NCBI GenBank assembly: GCA_002730525.1 | Contig: PCAK01000004.1 | Span: 5,362-69,361, forward strand | Direction: 5' to 3' | Length of the DNA: 64,000 nucleotides | DNA from: Acidobacteriota bacterium | GTDB lineage: Bacteria; Acidobacteriota; Vicinamibacteria; Vicinamibacterales; UBA823 | Part shown: positions 62,881 to 64,000 of the stretch, piece after piece | Numbering within the stretch: the stretch's first letter is position 1 | Layout of the letters: each line of letters starts with the position of its first letter | The notes under the pieces: generated by a model | What the model saw: only the letters and a program-made list of their open reading frames with translations | What the model was told of the DNA's origin: nothing | The model's database searches: none | Made by a program: the position numbers and the translations under genes

Positions 62881-63072
62881 ATGGCTGCGTATGCCTGTCC
62901 GAAGTGTGGGATGAGCGTGGGCACGATGACCTTCGGAAGATGTGGAAGAGAACTCGTGCACGGGAGCCTCACCATCGATGGCAACGCCGTGCACATCTCG
63001 AAGTGCCCCGACGGCCACGGGAAGATCGAGTCGCCGATGTGCTGTGGCGAGGATATGACCTGCGCCGTCTAG
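62881..63072 (+). CDS. Small (63 aa) Cys-rich metal-binding protein with desulforedoxin-like motifs
   Basis: ORF 62755..63072. ATG 62881 preferred (SD aaggag). MAAYACPKCGMSVGTMTFGRCGRELV...ISKCPDGHGKIESPMCCGEDMTCAV. Confidence 0.6.
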   Translation: MAAYACPKCGMSVGTMTFGRCGRELVHGSLTIDGNAVHISKCPDGHGKIESPMCCGEDMTCAV

Positions 63073-63094
63073 GTACCCTGGTTCGGGTGTAGAG

Positions 63095-63137
63095 ACGGGA
63101 GGCGGAAGCGAAGGCTTCTGCCTCCCGTTCTGTGTTT
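63095..63137 (+). terminator. Rho-independent terminator after the small Cys-rich gene
   Basis: acgggaggc (63095-63103) pairs with gcctcccgt (63120-63128). An inner gaagc/gcttc extension is followed by tctgtgttt. Confidence 0.6.
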
Positions 63138-63170
63138 AGCGCGGCCTTGTCCCCATCTGTGACATGATTG

Positions 63171-64000
63171 ATGGATCGATCGTGTCCGAAACCGCCATCC
63201 GAAGAGAGCCGAGTGATTGAATTGAACGAACCCGCCGTGTCGGAACCCAAGAATCCGCTTCCTGAGGTCGGCATCGACGACCTGCCGCCGCCGCTACGGG
63301 CCGGCGCGGGGCGAGCCGGTTGGACCTCGCTGATGCCGGTGCAGGCGAAGGCGATCCCGTATTTGCTGGCCGGCCGCGACCTGCTGATCCAGGCGCGGAC
63401 GGGCAGCGGCAAGACCGGCGCGTTCCTGCTGCCGATGCTGAAGAGCCTGGACCCGAACAAGCCGCACTGTCAGGCGCTCGTGCTGGTGCCGACTCGGGAA
63501 CTGGCCCGGCAGGTCTGGCACGAGGCCGAAACGCTGTGCGGCGACGCCGGCCTGCGCCACGTGCCGGTGTACGGCGGCGTCGGGTACGGCCCGCAGATCG
63601 ACGCGCTGCGGGAGGGCGCGCACATCGTCGTCGGCACGCCCGGTCGCGTGCTCGACCACCTGCTCAAGCGCAACCTGTCGTTCAAGCATCTGGAGATGGT
63701 CGTCTTCGACGAGGCCGACCGGATGCTGTCGATGGGCTTCTACCCGGACATGAAGGAGATGCAACGGCACTTTCCCGAGCGCCGGCTGCACAGCTGCATG
63801 TTCTCGGCAACCTTTCCGACCTACGTCATCCGGACGGCCCAGGAGTTCATTCCCGAGCCCGAGTTCCTGACGCTCAGCCGCGACCACGTCCACGTGACCG
63901 ACACCGAGCACGTCTATTACATCGTGCCCGGGATGGACAAGGACCGCAGCCTGATGCGGATCATCGAGTTGGAGAATCCTTCGTCGGCGATCATCTTCTC
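63171..64000 (+). CDS. DEAD-box ATP-dependent RNA helicase (5' part; continues past the right edge)
   Basis: Not in the ORF track because it has no stop in the window. The frame is open from the stop at 63165, with ATG at 63171. PVQAKAIP (Q/Ia), AQARTGSGKTGAF (motif I), PTRELA, GTPGRV, VFDEADRM (DEAD), SAT. Confidence 0.85.
   Translation, partial: MDRSCPKPPSEESRVIELNEPAVSEPKNPLPEVGIDDLPPPLRAGAGRAGWTSLMPVQAKAIPYLLAGRDLLIQARTGSGKTGAFLLPMLKSLDPNKPHCQALVLVPTRELARQVWHEAETLCGDAGLRHVPVYGGVGYGPQIDALREGAHIVVGTPGRVLDHLLKRNLSFKHLEMVVFDEADRMLSMGFYPDMKEMQRHFPERRLHSCMFSATFPTYVIRTAQEFIPEPEFLTLSRDHVHVTDTEHVYYIVPGMDKDRSLMRIIELENPSSAIIF

Noticed and set aside
63081-63095. A tRNA-like T-loop (ctggttcgggtgtag) after the small Cys-rich gene.
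   Set aside because: It does not match GGTTCGAATCC-type geometry, and no acceptor or anticodon arms can be built. The adjacent hairpin is better explained as a terminator.

Overview
Very GC-rich bacterial chromosomal window. The gene architectures look Acidobacteriota- or Gemmatimonadota-like (PadR, an ECF sigma with a Ser/Thr kinase, kinase-type TolB propellers, BNR/sortilin proteins, many exported hydrolases), but that placement is inference only. I support about 50 densely packed protein-coding genes. By eye I found no rRNA, tRNA, CRISPR array, transposase, integrase or phage genes.

Content is dominated by exported proteins with Sec, lipoprotein or Tat signals:
- a TonB-dependent receptor;
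- two S9 peptidases, gamma-glutamyltransferase, and APC and SNF transporters, which together suggest peptide and amino-acid scavenging;
- three sulfatase domains;
- a GH78 rhamnosidase, rhamnose isomerase and permease cluster;
- four PQQ-type beta-propeller proteins;
- a secreted lactonase;
- a Tat Gfo/Idh/MocA oxidoreductase with an esterase.

No known defence or mobile system is visible. The observations most worth a second look are:
1. A fused EutB-EutC ethanolamine ammonia-lyase with an apparent twin-arginine signal and no other eut genes.
2. A split NosR/NapH-like flavin/Fe-S membrane module co-oriented with an SNF symporter, a Tat metallophosphoesterase and a tandem-sulfatase fusion.
3. 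An ECF sigma / Ser-Thr kinase pair flanked by broken partner genes.
4. An unusually high density of gene lesions: two in-frame stops, several frameshifts, in-frame deletions and gene stubs.
5. Perfect TATAAT boxes placed 10-13 nt from start codons that lack a Shine-Dalgarno sequence.
6. A promoter/leader cassette shared by two unrelated genes.

All functional calls rest on motif recognition from memory, not on searches. Start codons were chosen from signal peptides, SD-like sequences and frame logic, and may be off by a few codons.
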